Source: an uncultured Gemmatimonadales bacterium
GTDB taxonomy: Bacteria; Gemmatimonadota; Gemmatimonadetes; Longimicrobiales; RSA9
Length of the DNA: 64,000 nucleotides
Direction: 5' to 3'
Assembly: GCA_963798845.1 (NCBI GenBank)
Contig: CAWCUS010000004.1
Coordinates: 352,001-416,000 of the forward strand
Below are positions 28,921-39,351 of this stretch, piece by piece. The translations under genes were made by a program, and so were the position numbers. The notes beneath the pieces were generated by a model. It searched no databases. It was not told the origin of the DNA and was given only the letters and a program-made list of their open reading frames with translations. Every line of letters starts with the position of its first letter. Within the stretch, counting starts at the first letter, position 1.

Positions 28921-30986
28921 GGGCCGCGTCGGTGTTGGTGCGCGCATCGGTGGGGCTGGGTCTCCTCGTCGCCCGCTCTCCCGCGCACGCTCAGGAAGCC
29001 GTGATGACCTACGAACGGGCGCGGGACGTCTCGCAGGAGGCGGTGCGGCTGATCGAGACGGCGGGGGCGGAAGCCGCCGAGGCCCGGCTGGCCGAGACGC
29101 TGGTCTGGTGCCCGCCAGCGCCGGAGGGGAGCGAATGTCGCCGCCCGCTCCTGTACGCCCTCGGCTACGTGTACCAGAAGGACGCCGGGTTGCGGCCGGA
29201 AAGGCGCGACAGCCTGCTGGGCGTGGCGTTCGAACGGTTCCGCGACGTGTTCGAGGAGAACCCGGATTTCCAGCCAGCCCAGGAAGCGCTCGCGGCAATC
29301 TCGCGGCAGTCGCCGCACGAGTCGTTCGAGCCCACTCTGCGGAAGATGGCGGGTCAGGACGACACCGGTCGGCAGTACGTTCTGCTCGGCGACTACTACA
29401 GCGACCCGGAGGTACAGCGACCGAAGCAGGCGCTCGAAGCGTACCGTCGCGCCATGGAGCTGGCGCCCGCGGACGAGCGGCCGGTGCGTCGCATCATCGA
29501 TCTGTTCCGCGACACTCCCGAGACGCAGCTCGGGAGCCCGGAGCTGGACTCTCTGCTCACCGACCAGCTGACGGTGCGGTTCCCACGCCTCGCGGCGGAG
29601 GGTCGGCTCGTGTTCATGAAGCGTGTCTACCACCGGAACCCGGAGCGCGCCGCGGCCGCAGTCCCGGACTGGCTCGCGGCGCACGCCGCGGCGGACGGTG
29701 TTCAGCCCGCGCTCGCCAGCGAGATGCCCAGCGACTGGACCGTCGACCCGTTCCCGGAACTGCGAGCGTTCCTGGCCGATCCCGCCGCGACCCAGCGCTC
29801 CGATTGGTGGCTCCGTGACGGCGAGAGGCGGGAGGCGTTCGCCCGCGCTGCGCTCGATCTCGGACGGTGGGCTCTCGGGCGTGAGGGGCCGGTTGCGGCG
29901 GAGCGCGTCTGGACAACCGGTCTCGACGTGGCGCAGCCCGGATCGGCGAGCTGGCTGCGGATCACGGCCGGGCTGGCCGAGTTGTACGAGAAGGCGCCCG
30001 TCGTCGATCCATCGGGCGAGAAGATGCGAGCGCTGGAGCGGGTGCTCTTCGACCGCAAGGGCGAGGCGATCGGACGCGGCGACTTCCCCGCGATGCTGAG
30101 ATTCCACGGCACACTCGGGCAGATCTACGCGCGGCGCGGCGACTGGGGGTCGAGCGGCAATCCGCGCAGCGCCATCTTCCAGCTCGAGCACGCGCTGGAC
30201 GCGGCGAGGCGCGGCGCGCTCCGCGAGCCCCTTCCGGCGCTGCGGCGGTGGCTGGCCGTGGCCTACGAGCGCACCGACTCGGCCGACCGTGCTGCGCTGA
30301 TGTACGCCGAGGCCGCCGCCGACTACCTGGATGTGGACGACCTCGCAGGCGCGGACAGCGCACTCGCTCGGTCGCGTGAGCTCGGCCGCGCGCGCGCCCC
30401 GCAAGCGCGCACGCGCGCGGTCACCGAGTGGCTGCGCCGGCGCAGAGCCGCGCTCGACGGCAAGTGCGACTCGGCCATGGTAGCCGGGCTCCGCCCTTTG
30501 ACCAGCGATACGCTCCCCTCGGCGTTCGAGGAGCGGCAACGATTCAGGACGTTCGCCGACTGCTCGGGGCGTGTGAGGATCGGCGCGCCCGAGCTCGCCG
30601 CTGAAGCGCTGCGCGCGGCTCTGCGTTCCGAAACGCCGCTCGTGGGTCTGGGCGATCTGGTCAGGATCGATGAGGCCCGGAGGCGCGTGTACGGAAGCTT
30701 CGGTCAGATGGTCGGTCCGGTCGGGGTCGGCGTCGCTGCTTCCGCCGGGGACATCGGTGCGGTCGTGACGCTGCCCGAGGATGGTCGCACTCTGGATCTC
30801 GCCTTTCCGCGTGTTGATGCGCTCATCGCCGCGGAACTGGTCCGGGCGCTGAGACCATCGGAGCGGCCCGTGGGAGCGCTCCGGCTGCGTGTGCAGGACG
30901 GGCAGGTCACGGTGATCGATCCCGGCGCGCTCACGCGGTCCGAGCTTCAGGCGCTGATCTCGACGGCAGGCGGCAGACCGAACTGA
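28917..30986 (+). CDS. exported TPR-like helical repeat protein
   Basis: GTGA overlap; signal peptide ending AHA-Q; LYALGYVY, YVLLGDYY..ALEAYRRAMELAP, HGTLGQIY TPR-like segments. Confidence 0.75.
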   Translation: MRAASVLVRASVGLGLLVARSPAHAQEAVMTYERARDVSQEAVRLIETAGAEAAEARLAETLVWCPPAPEGSECRRPLLYALGYVYQKDAGLRPERRDSLLGVAFERFRDVFEENPDFQPAQEALAAISRQSPHESFEPTLRKMAGQDDTGRQYVLLGDYYSDPEVQRPKQALEAYRRAMELAPADERPVRRIIDLFRDTPETQLGSPELDSLLTDQLTVRFPRLAAEGRLVFMKRVYHRNPERAAAAVPDWLAAHAAADGVQPALASEMPSDWTVDPFPELRAFLADPAATQRSDWWLRDGERREAFARAALDLGRWALGREGPVAAERVWTTGLDVAQPGSASWLRITAGLAELYEKAPVVDPSGEKMRALERVLFDRKGEAIGRGDFPAMLRFHGTLGQIYARRGDWGSSGNPRSAIFQLEHALDAARRGALREPLPALRRWLAVAYERTDSADRAALMYAEAAADYLDVDDLAGADSALARSRELGRARAPQARTRAVTEWLRRRRAALDGKCDSAMVAGLRPLTSDTLPSAFEERQRFRTFADCSGRVRIGAPELAAEALRAALRSETPLVGLGDLVRIDEARRRVYGSFGQMVGPVGVGVAASAGDIGAVVTLPEDGRTLDLAFPRVDALIAAELVRALRPSERPVGALRLRVQDGQVTVIDPGALTRSELQALISTAGGRPN

Positions 30987-31337
30987 GCGGCGTCCCCGCC
31001 TGAACACGTCTCGTTGCGCGCGACGCCGCGCGGGTGCCAGAAGACATCCTTGGCATCACGCCGGTCAGCCATTACCCTTGCTGTGGCGTGAGCGGATCCA
31101 CACGGCGATTCACGAGCATTCGACGCCGGTCCTCCGCCGGCGCCGACCACGACGGCGGTGCCCCGTGCCGATCGGAAGCGGGCCCCGCAACGGCAGTCCA
31201 TAGATAGAGCCGCACCTCCCCGACATCGCTCGATCCCCGATCATCCGGGTTGGCCGCCGCACGGCAGCCGGTCGGGCGGATCGCGCACTTCCTCCGAGGT
31301 CCAGCGAGTGGATCACGCACCACCGACGGCTGCGGCC

Positions 31338-33419
31338 ATGCCGCGCCCGGCACATCGGATCGCCACACGCGTCGGAGCGGCGGCGCTGCTCGCGCTGCCC
31401 GCTTCCGTCCTCGCTCAGGCCGGTCTCGATTCCGCGTCGGCGGAGCCGTACCGGCTGGACGCGCTCGTGGTCGTGGCAGAGCGCCATGCGACGACGCTCC
31501 GCAGCACGGTCACGGCGACCAGCCTGCTCACGCGGGCCGATCTGGACGCCCTTCCGGCGCGCACCCTCGCCAATGCCCTCGGGAGCGTGCCCGGCCTCAT
31601 CTTCGTCGAGCAGGATGGCTCCGGTCGGATGCCGCTGGCGATCGCGCGCGGCTTCTTCGGCGGCGGCGAGACCTCGTACGTGCTGGTCACGGTGGACGGC
31701 GTGCCGGCGAACAATGGCCGGACCGGGCTCGTGGAGTGGAGCCGGATCCCGCTCGACGAGATCGAGCGCATCGAAGTGCTTCGAGGCTCCGCCTCCGCTT
31801 CGTACGGCGACGCCGCGCTCGGGGCCGTGATCAACGTCGTGACACGCCGCCCGGCCCAGCCGGACAGGGTCTCCGGCCGGGCGGCTATGTCCGCTTCGTC
31901 GTGGAGTGGCGGGAGTGCGCGCGCGTCGGTCGGCTCCGGGCTCGGCGCCGCCGCCGTGGGGGCGACGATCGACTATGATCGGGACGACGGCTTCCGGGAG
32001 CATTCCCGTTCGAACCGCCTGACCACGTCGCTTTCGCTGGGTCGAGCTGCGCCCTCCGGTGGCAACGCGCTGTCCGGGCGAGTTGCGTTCAGCCGTCTTT
32101 TCAACGAGGACCCAGGGCCGCTGCCCGAGATCGACCCCGGCTTCGACCGGCGCGGCAGCGATCCCGCCTTCGCGGGCGACGAGCGGACCCGGAAGACGGC
32201 GGAGGCGAGCGTCCAGGGGGCGCGCGCCTGGTCGGGCGGTCGGCGCCTGGACGCGGCCGTCGGCCTGCGCTGGTACGATCAGCAGCGGACTCGAACGCTC
32301 CTGCTGGCGCCCACGTTCGGCGACACGCAGGACCAGGACGACCGCGAGGTCGGCGTCTGGGCGCGCACGCAGCTTTCCGCATCGGTCGGTCGCGCGCTAC
32401 TGCACGTCGGCGCCGATGCCCAGGGTGCCACTTTCCGCACCCGCTACACCGAGCCGGGCACGGGGGCGCTTCTCACTTCAGGGAACGGCCACCTGTGGAA
32501 GCTCGGGCTGAACGGCGAGCTTAGCGGCTCGCTCACCGAGCGGCTCCGGCTCGTCGGCGGGGTCCGGTTCGATGCGGTGCTGCCGACAGACGAGACGCCC
32601 GCGTCGCCGGGGTCGCCCTCGTTCCACCAGTGGTCGCCGCGGCTCGGCGCGAACCTCGCCTACCGCGAGGACCCGGCGAGCGCGGGCAACGTGTACGTGT
32701 CCTGGACGCGAGCGTTCAAGGCGCCGACGCTCGACCAGCTCTTCGACGTTCGCGCCATCCCCACCGGGGAGCCGGGCGCGACGATCAGCATCTCCAACGG
32801 GGAGCTGAAGCCGCAGCGCTCCACGGGGATCGAGGGCGGCATCTACCAGCGCCTCCCGCTGGGGGGCGGGGGACGCTACGCCGAGGTGTCGCTCTCCGCT
32901 TACGGTCAATGGCTGGATGACGAGATCGACTTCGACATCCTGACGTACCGATACGGGAACATCACGGCGAGCCGGCATACGGGTGCAGAGCTGTCCGTGC
33001 GCGCCATGCTCTCGTCCGCTCTCGAGGTCACGCACGCGGCCACGCTCGACCGGGCCACGTTCCGGACCGCGGAGAACCGCGGCAACCAGCTCAAGAACAT
33101 CCCGGAGAGCGCGTTCACGACCACGGCCCGCGTGATCCTCGCCGCGCCCGTGTCGCTCATGCTGACGCACCGCGCCATCGGCCGCACCTGGCTCGATGAT
33201 GAGAACACCGAGTCGCTTTCCTCCAGATCGCTCATCGACGCCGCGCTTCAATGGCGAGTCGGCGCGGTCGCCGCGCGCCTCTCCGTCCGCAACGTCTTCG
33301 ATACCGAGTACGGCAGCTTCGGTTTCCTGCTCTACGACCCTATGGCCGGCGAGAACGTCCGCATGATCCACCCCGGTATGGGCCGCGCCATCGACCTCCG
33401 ACTGTCCGTGGGGAGCTGA
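31338..33419 (+). CDS. TonB-dependent receptor
   Basis: Signal peptide, LDALVVVA TonB box, VDGVP, IERIEVLRGSASASYG..GAVINVVT, FKAPTL, VRNVFD. Confidence 0.92.
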   Translation: MPRPAHRIATRVGAAALLALPASVLAQAGLDSASAEPYRLDALVVVAERHATTLRSTVTATSLLTRADLDALPARTLANALGSVPGLIFVEQDGSGRMPLAIARGFFGGGETSYVLVTVDGVPANNGRTGLVEWSRIPLDEIERIEVLRGSASASYGDAALGAVINVVTRRPAQPDRVSGRAAMSASSWSGGSARASVGSGLGAAAVGATIDYDRDDGFREHSRSNRLTTSLSLGRAAPSGGNALSGRVAFSRLFNEDPGPLPEIDPGFDRRGSDPAFAGDERTRKTAEASVQGARAWSGGRRLDAAVGLRWYDQQRTRTLLLAPTFGDTQDQDDREVGVWARTQLSASVGRALLHVGADAQGATFRTRYTEPGTGALLTSGNGHLWKLGLNGELSGSLTERLRLVGGVRFDAVLPTDETPASPGSPSFHQWSPRLGANLAYREDPASAGNVYVSWTRAFKAPTLDQLFDVRAIPTGEPGATISISNGELKPQRSTGIEGGIYQRLPLGGGGRYAEVSLSAYGQWLDDEIDFDILTYRYGNITASRHTGAELSVRAMLSSALEVTHAATLDRATFRTAENRGNQLKNIPESAFTTTARVILAAPVSLMLTHRAIGRTWLDDENTESLSSRSLIDAALQWRVGAVAARLSVRNVFDTEYGSFGFLLYDPMAGENVRMIHPGMGRAIDLRLSVGS

Positions 33420-33422
33420 GCG

Positions 33423-34010
33423 ATGCCCGGGCACGCCCGAACCCGGCGCCCGCCGCGGACGGAGGCCGGTGCGACCGCTTCGCTCCTGCTCGCCGCCGGG
33501 CTCCTGCTGCTCGTCGTCGCCTGCGGTCCGGATCATCAGGCAGCGGGGCAGGGGTCGACGGGCTCCGCCGAGGTGGCCGCGGAACCGATTCCCGCCGTGG
33601 CCAGGGCGAGCAGCTTGGAAACGACGGCCGGATCGACCGACAGCGCCGCGTCATGGACGATGCCACCGGTCCCCGCGGCGATCGCGCAGGGCATCCTCGT
33701 GTATCGCGCGAATTACTGCGGGACGTGCCACCGGAACACGCTCGCCGGCACGGCCGGCATGTTCGGCCCGAGCCACGACAGCCTGCGCATCAATGCCCTG
33801 CGCCGGATCCACGATCCCCGGTACACCGGCCACGCGACCACCGCCGGGGACTACGTACGGGAGAGCATCCGCGATCCCGGCGCGTGGCGCGTGCCAGGGT
33901 TCGAGCGCACGCGTTTCCTGATGCCGGCCTATATCCAGCTGACCGACTCCGAAGTGGACGCACTGGTCCGTATGCTTCTCTGGCAACCTCCAGCGAAAGG
34001 AGAACGATGA
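33423..34010 (+). CDS. monoheme c-type cytochrome, probable lipoprotein
   Basis: LLVVA-C lipobox-like; CGTCH heme motif; GPS..YVRESIRDP..MP distal Met. Confidence 0.85.
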   Translation: MPGHARTRRPPRTEAGATASLLLAAGLLLLVVACGPDHQAAGQGSTGSAEVAAEPIPAVARASSLETTAGSTDSAASWTMPPVPAAIAQGILVYRANYCGTCHRNTLAGTAGMFGPSHDSLRINALRRIHDPRYTGHATTAGDYVRESIRDPGAWRVPGFERTRFLMPAYIQLTDSEVDALVRMLLWQPPAKGER

Positions 34011-35161
34011 TCAACCGAACCCCCACCCGACTCGGCTTCCTCGCCCTCGCCTGCCTCTTCCCGCTCGCCGCGTGTGGCGGCGACCGGGAGGCGGCGGAGA
34101 ACGCCGACCTCGAAAGCGCCGGCATCCCGCTGGGCACCGGCCCGACGGTCGTCGCCAGCGGCCTGAACACGCCCATGGGCGTGATGGTCGATGACGATGG
34201 CACGATCTGGATCACCGACAGCGGCACCGGCGGCCCGGATTCCATGGCGGCCCCCCCCGACTCCACCGGACAGGTAGTGAAGCTGCCGTTCGGCAACACT
34301 GCGCGGCTCGTGCGCGTGGATCCGTCCGGCACCCAGAGCGACGTCGTGACCGACCTCCCGTCGATCATCCTGCCAGACGCGCCGATCGGCGCGGCCCGCG
34401 TGGCCCGATGGAACGGGGCACTCTACTTCACGAGCGGCGGATGGCAGGAGGGAACCGGTGAGCGGCAGCCGCGAAACGCCGCGCTGCTCCGCCTGGACGG
34501 GGACCAGGTGAGGGAGGCCCTCAACACGTGGGATTTCGAGGAGAGCCGGAACCCTGCGGGCGCCCTGGTGGAGGCGCACCCGTTCGGGATCACGGTCGGA
34601 CCCGATGGCGCCCTGTGGATCGCGGACGCGGCGGGCAACGACCTCTTCCGGGTCGCCTCGCCATCCGATTCGCTCGAGCTGGTCGCGGTCTTCGACGCGC
34701 TGCCGAGCCCCGTCCCGAACGCGGCGCGCGGCAACGCGATGGAGACCGAGCCGGTCCCCACCAGCGTCGCGTTCATGAACGGCGAGCCCTATGTCTCGTT
34801 CCTGCCCGGCGCCCCGTTCGTGCCGGGATCCGGCAAGGTCGTGCACGTCTCGTCGACCGGTGAATACTCCGATTACGCGACGGGCTTCTCCATGCTGTCC
34901 GATCTCAAGACAGGCCCGGACGGGAAGCTGTACGGCGTGTCCATGGGCACGTTCACCGAGCAGGGGCCGACGCCGAACTCCGGCTCCGTCATACGCATCG
35001 GACCCGGGGATACGTCGGAGCCGATCCTGACCGGTCTGCAGCTTCCGACCGCCATCGCGTTCGACGCCGAAGGCAATGCCTACGTCGTCATCAGCGGCCT
35101 CGGTCAGCCTGGCGCCGGCCAGGTGATGAAGTACCCGCACCTGGTGAGCACCGGCAGCTGA
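34007..35161 (+). CDS. ScyD/ScyE-like beta-propeller lipoprotein
   Basis: LAA-C lipobox; VASGL.TPMG, HPFGI, ADAAGNDL, EPVPTSV, GPDG repeats; AAAGGAG RBS. Confidence 0.8.
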   Translation: MINRTPTRLGFLALACLFPLAACGGDREAAENADLESAGIPLGTGPTVVASGLNTPMGVMVDDDGTIWITDSGTGGPDSMAAPPDSTGQVVKLPFGNTARLVRVDPSGTQSDVVTDLPSIILPDAPIGAARVARWNGALYFTSGGWQEGTGERQPRNAALLRLDGDQVREALNTWDFEESRNPAGALVEAHPFGITVGPDGALWIADAAGNDLFRVASPSDSLELVAVFDALPSPVPNAARGNAMETEPVPTSVAFMNGEPYVSFLPGAPFVPGSGKVVHVSSTGEYSDYATGFSMLSDLKTGPDGKLYGVSMGTFTEQGPTPNSGSVIRIGPGDTSEPILTGLQLPTAIAFDAEGNAYVVISGLGQPGAGQVMKYPHLVSTGS

Positions 35162-35297
35162 ACCGTCGTCCAGCCGGGTCGCCGCGGCGACCCGGCTGGA
35201 CGAGCCGGGGGCGGTCCTGCCACGCCGCGCCGACGCCGGTTGAATCCGTGCACCCGGGCGCATGCGAGCGGCCGAGGAGCCGCGCTGCGCAAGATGC

Positions 35298-35326
35298 TTG
35301 TATGTGCTCAGGACCGGCCCTAGCAT
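35298..35326 (+). promoter_or_regulatory. candidate sigma70 promoter
   Basis: TTGTAT-N17-TAGCAT, 45 nt before ATG 35372. Confidence 0.45.
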
Positions 35327-35371
35327 TCGTGGATAGCCCCTTTCCGCCCCTTCGAATCCACGAGGGACGCC

Positions 35372-36982
35372 ATGTCCGGCAATCCGTACGTTCCAGCCGA
35401 TCCGCCTCGGGCTTCCGCGAGCAGGTTCTGGCGGACCCGCTCCTTCTGGGTGGTCGGCACCTTCCTGGCCAGCGTCGTCATGGTGGCGACAGCCTGGTTC
35501 CTGTGGCCGACCGCCGATGTGGACCTCAAGTCGCTTCTGGCGCGACAGCTGGGCGTCGAGCATGACAGCCTTCTGTTCGTCAACCTGCCGCCGGCCGGGT
35601 ACCGGATGCCGGGTGCCATCCTGCTGCGCGCCGGCAACATTCCGTGGGGGAAGCTGAAGGTCGCCGATACGGACTTCAGCCGGGGCCAGCGCACCACGCA
35701 GAGCGCTCACGTCGAATCCGTGTCCATCGCGTCCGGGTCGCTTGGCGGCAGCGCGGGTCAGGAGGCCTTCGTTCGCGATGCGCTGGCGCTGCTGGGCGAG
35801 CGGAGCGACAAGGTCGTGGTCGACCTTTCCTTCGACGGCAGCTCGGTGGAGCTCCCGGACCTCGGGGATCGCGTCGCGCAGTCGGATGCGATCCGGGCGG
35901 TGAGCGAGAGCGGAGAGGATGCTTTCGTGATCTACCGCGCCTGGCAGGGGACGTTGAAGCTCGGCATCCACACGGAGCACGGCGTGTCGGCAAGGTTCCT
36001 CGACAGCCTGGCCGACTCCCTGAGCGTCCTTGCGGCCCGCGCCGACGCGAACGTGCGCTTCCAGGGGGACAAGCACACGGACACGCAGCGCGACCTCGTG
36101 CTCGCCGAGGCGGACGTGTTCGCGTACGAAGCCTACGACGCGGCCAGCCTCTACCACTCCGCCGCTCTTCGGCCGGTGACGGCGCGCACGCAGGAGGTGG
36201 ACCCCGACAGCGCCGTCGCCACGATCATCCGCCTCGACCCGGCGTCGATCGAGCCGGGGGAGCTGACCGAGACGCTCCGCTACATCGGCCCGGAGGCGAG
36301 CAAGGCGACCGTCCGCATCATGCAGCGCGGCACGATGGAGGACATGGAACGAGGCGCGACGGTCCTGGAGCACGTCCCTGAGGAGTACAGGCCGATTCTG
36401 CCCGCCGACGTGTCGAGCGCCCTCACGAGCCCCGATCCGACGGTGCGGGCGTACGCGGTGCTGGCGGTGCCGACCACGGCCGCGACGCGACAGGTGCGGC
36501 AGCTCTCAGCCGCCTTGAACGGCGACGACCCGGTGGTGCGCTTCCTGGCCAGCGAGAAGCTGGGAACCCTCGAATCCCCGGCTGCCACCACAGCCCTGCG
36601 GCAGGCAGTGCGCGACCCCGATCCTGCCGTGGCTCTGTCGGCGAACACGGCTCTGTTCGCCGCCACCGCACCGGTGGGCCACGAGCTCTCGTCCGCGAGC
36701 ACGACGCTGCGGACCGGTACGACCCAGGCCCAGACCGGTGCTCTTCGCTGGATCCGCCGCCAGCGCGTGGCCGCGGACTCGGCGCTGCCGCTACTCGTGC
36801 GAGCACTCTCCAGCTCCGACGCGACCATACGCAACGAGAGCCTGCGTGGCCTGGCCGCGCTCGGGCCCGCGGCGTCGTCCAGCGCCCCGGCTGTCCGGCC
36901 GCTGCTTCAGGATCCGGATCCGGAGACACGGAAGCTGGCGCAGGAGGCGCTGCAGAAGATCACCGGGCAGGGCGGGGGATGA
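35372..36982 (+). CDS. membrane-anchored protein: N-terminal TM, putative gasdermin-like beta domain, C-terminal HEAT repeats
   Basis: [27 protein letters not shown] repeats ([39 protein letters not shown]) are clear; the gasdermin-like call is by eye only. Confidence 0.8.
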   Translation: MSGNPYVPADPPRASASRFWRTRSFWVVGTFLASVVMVATAWFLWPTADVDLKSLLARQLGVEHDSLLFVNLPPAGYRMPGAILLRAGNIPWGKLKVADTDFSRGQRTTQSAHVESVSIASGSLGGSAGQEAFVRDALALLGERSDKVVVDLSFDGSSVELPDLGDRVAQSDAIRAVSESGEDAFVIYRAWQGTLKLGIHTEHGVSARFLDSLADSLSVLAARADANVRFQGDKHTDTQRDLVLAEADVFAYEAYDAASLYHSAALRPVTARTQEVDPDSAVATIIRLDPASIEPGELTETLRYIGPEASKATVRIMQRGTMEDMERGATVLEHVPEEYRPILPADVSSALTSPDPTVRAYAVLAVPTTAATRQVRQLSAALNGDDPVVRFLASEKLGTLESPAATTALRQAVRDPDPAVALSANTALFAATAPVGHELSSASTTLRTGTTQAQTGALRWIRRQRVAADSALPLLVRALSSSDATIRNESLRGLAALGPAASSSAPAVRPLLQDPDPETRKLAQEALQKITGQGGG

Positions 36983-37040
36983 GGTCGATGCTTCGCCACT
37001 CCCTCGTCGATCATCGGCGGTGCCCTTACCCGGAGGCCTC

Positions 37041-38156
37041 ATGAGTCGTGTACGCGTGCTGGCAGGGACGCGCAAAGGCGCGTTCGTCCTGACCTCGGAC
37101 GGAAAGCGGAAGAACTGGACGGTGGACGGCCCGCACTTCGGCGGCTGGGAGGTCTACCACATGAAGGGGTCGGCGACGGAGCCGGACCGGATCTGGGCGT
37201 CTCAATCCACGGGCTGGTTCGGCCAGCTCATCCAGCGCAGCGATGACGGCGGCCGGACGTGGGAGCCGGTGGGGAACGAATTCGCCTACGCCGGCGAGCC
37301 GGGGACCCACAGGTGGTACGACGACACGCCGCATCCGTGGGAGTTCAAGCGGGTGTGGCACCTGGAGCCCTCTCCCGGCGACGCGGACACCGTTTACGCG
37401 GGGGTCGAGGACGCGGCGCTGTTCCGGAGCGACGATGGGGGGAAGAGCTGGCAGGAGCTGGACGGGCTGCGTCGCCAGAAGACGGCTCCGGAGTGGCACC
37501 CGGGGGCGGGGGGCATGTGCCTGCACACGATCCTGCTGGACCCGCGTGGAAACGGGCGCATGTTCACGGCCATCTCCGCTGCCGGGGCCTTCCGGAGCGA
37601 CGATGGCGGCGAAAGCTGGCGGCCGATCAACCGCGGCCTGCGCTCGGAGTACATCCCGGACCCGGAAGCGGAAGTGGGGCACTGCGTGCACCGGATCGCC
37701 ATGCACCCGGCGCGGCCGGACGTGCTCTACATGCAGAAGCACTGGGACGTGATGCGGAGCGATGACGGCGGCGACAGCTGGCACGAGGTGAGCGGCAACC
37801 TCCCCAGCGACTTCGGCTTCCCGATCCAGCTCCACAGCCACGAGCCCGAGACCGTCTACGTGGTCCCCATCAAGAGCGACTCCGAGCACTACCCGCCCGA
37901 TGGGCGCCTGCGCGTGTACCGCAGCCGCACGGGCGGCAACGAGTGGGAGGCGCTTTCGAAAGGGCTGCCGCAGGAACACTGCTACGTCAACGTGCTGCGC
38001 GACGCCATGTCCGCCGACACGCTCGATCCCTGCGGCGTCTACTTCGGCACCACGGGTGGCCAGGTCTACGCATCGTCCGATGAGGGCGACTCCTGGACCG
38101 CCATCGTGCGAGACCTGCCGTCGGTGGTTTCCATCGAGGCGCAGACGCTGCCGTGA
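37041..38156 (+). CDS. BNR/Asp-box repeat beta-propeller protein (sialidase-like fold)
   Basis: Repeated RSDDGG.(T/S)W motifs; N-terminal GTRKGAF; GGAGG RBS. Confidence 0.9.
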   Translation: MSRVRVLAGTRKGAFVLTSDGKRKNWTVDGPHFGGWEVYHMKGSATEPDRIWASQSTGWFGQLIQRSDDGGRTWEPVGNEFAYAGEPGTHRWYDDTPHPWEFKRVWHLEPSPGDADTVYAGVEDAALFRSDDGGKSWQELDGLRRQKTAPEWHPGAGGMCLHTILLDPRGNGRMFTAISAAGAFRSDDGGESWRPINRGLRSEYIPDPEAEVGHCVHRIAMHPARPDVLYMQKHWDVMRSDDGGDSWHEVSGNLPSDFGFPIQLHSHEPETVYVVPIKSDSEHYPPDGRLRVYRSRTGGNEWEALSKGLPQEHCYVNVLRDAMSADTLDPCGVYFGTTGGQVYASSDEGDSWTAIVRDLPSVVSIEAQTLP

Positions 38157-38452
38157 GCGTTCGCGTCGTGCTGCCGACCCACCTCCGCACCCTGGCTCGG
38201 GTCGGCGCCGAGGTGGACCTCGAGGTCGACGGTCCCGTCACGGCCGCCGCGATCCTGGACGAGCTCGAGGCGCGCTACCCGGTTCTGCGCGGCACCATCC
38301 GCGACCACGCCACCAAGCGGCGGCGCGACTTCGTCCGCTACTTCGCCTGCGCCGAGGACCTTTCGCTCGAGCCGCCCGACGCCCCGCTCCCGCCGCCGGT
38401 CGCGGACGGGACCGAGCCTTTCCTCGTGATCGGGGCGGTCGCGGGTGGGTAG
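38153..38452 (+). CDS. MoaD/ThiS family ubiquitin-like protein
   Basis: V.LPTHLR, LEARYP.LRG.I, C-terminal AVAGG; GTGA overlap. Confidence 0.9.
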   Translation: MSVRVVLPTHLRTLARVGAEVDLEVDGPVTAAAILDELEARYPVLRGTIRDHATKRRRDFVRYFACAEDLSLEPPDAPLPPPVADGTEPFLVIGAVAGG

Positions 38453-38538
38453 CAGCAGCCGGGCCGCGCGTCGGTGCACCGGCCATCTGGCAGTGTTAAA
38501 TTGTCGGAACATGCATCAATCCACAGCTGAAGGCGGTT

Positions 38539-39318
38539 GTGTCAAAGAGAGCGGAAAGCACCTTGATCGCCGCTTTTGTAAGCGGATCCGTCCTGGCCCT
38601 CCTCGCAGGGGCGGGCCTGTACTTCGCCGACGCGCCGAAGGTGCTTCTCCTGAGCGGCGCGGGTGTGGCGTTCGGCCTCGGCGTGGTCGTAGAGCTGATC
38701 ACCGTGAAGGCCACCTGGGCGAGCGCCGTCGCCGGCGTCGTCACCCTGATGCTCGCGCTCTGGCTCGTGGCCCTGTGGCCGAACTGGAGTCGGTTCTTCA
38801 GCGGCGCCAATCGCTACGACCCACAGCTCAGCGAGCTGGAGCGGCCTGCCCCCGGCGACGGTTCTGGCCGGGGGACGACCGGAACCCCGCCCGACGACTC
38901 CCGTCGCCGGCGACCTCGCCCGCCGCCTACCTCGCCCGCGGATCGTGCCGCCATCTCGCCGGACGGGGAGGTCGATCCTGAGGCGAAAGCCGGTTCCGAG
39001 TCCGCGCGTCCGACGGTCGGGGGGGCGGACGGCGAGGGAGGGGACGCATCCCTGTCGACGGAGACTCGAGGCGACGTCGGCATCCCGAGGTCACTCACCG
39101 TGCGCAATCGGCTGGGCTCCGATGTGGAAGTCGCGCTCGAGGGTCCGGGGGTCGAGGGCGGAGCCGTCCGGCTCTCCCCGGGGGAGGAGTGCGAGCTCCG
39201 GCTCGGGGACGCGCCGCCGGCTCTTGCGACGGTCGTATGGCGACACGGCGAAGTGGAGGAGCGGGTCCCCTGGACGGTGGCCACGGCCGCCGGCACGATC
39301 ATGACGATCGGCGACTGA
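38539..39318 (+). CDS. hypothetical membrane protein (3 TM, Pro-rich linker, small beta domain)
   Basis: Three hydrophobic segments followed by a low-complexity linker. Confidence 0.65.
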   Translation: MSKRAESTLIAAFVSGSVLALLAGAGLYFADAPKVLLLSGAGVAFGLGVVVELITVKATWASAVAGVVTLMLALWLVALWPNWSRFFSGANRYDPQLSELERPAPGDGSGRGTTGTPPDDSRRRRPRPPPTSPADRAAISPDGEVDPEAKAGSESARPTVGGADGEGGDASLSTETRGDVGIPRSLTVRNRLGSDVEVALEGPGVEGGAVRLSPGEECELRLGDAPPALATVVWRHGEVEERVPWTVATAAGTIMTIGD

Positions 39319-39351
39319 ACCCGGTCAGACACGACGAGGAGGCCGACGGAC

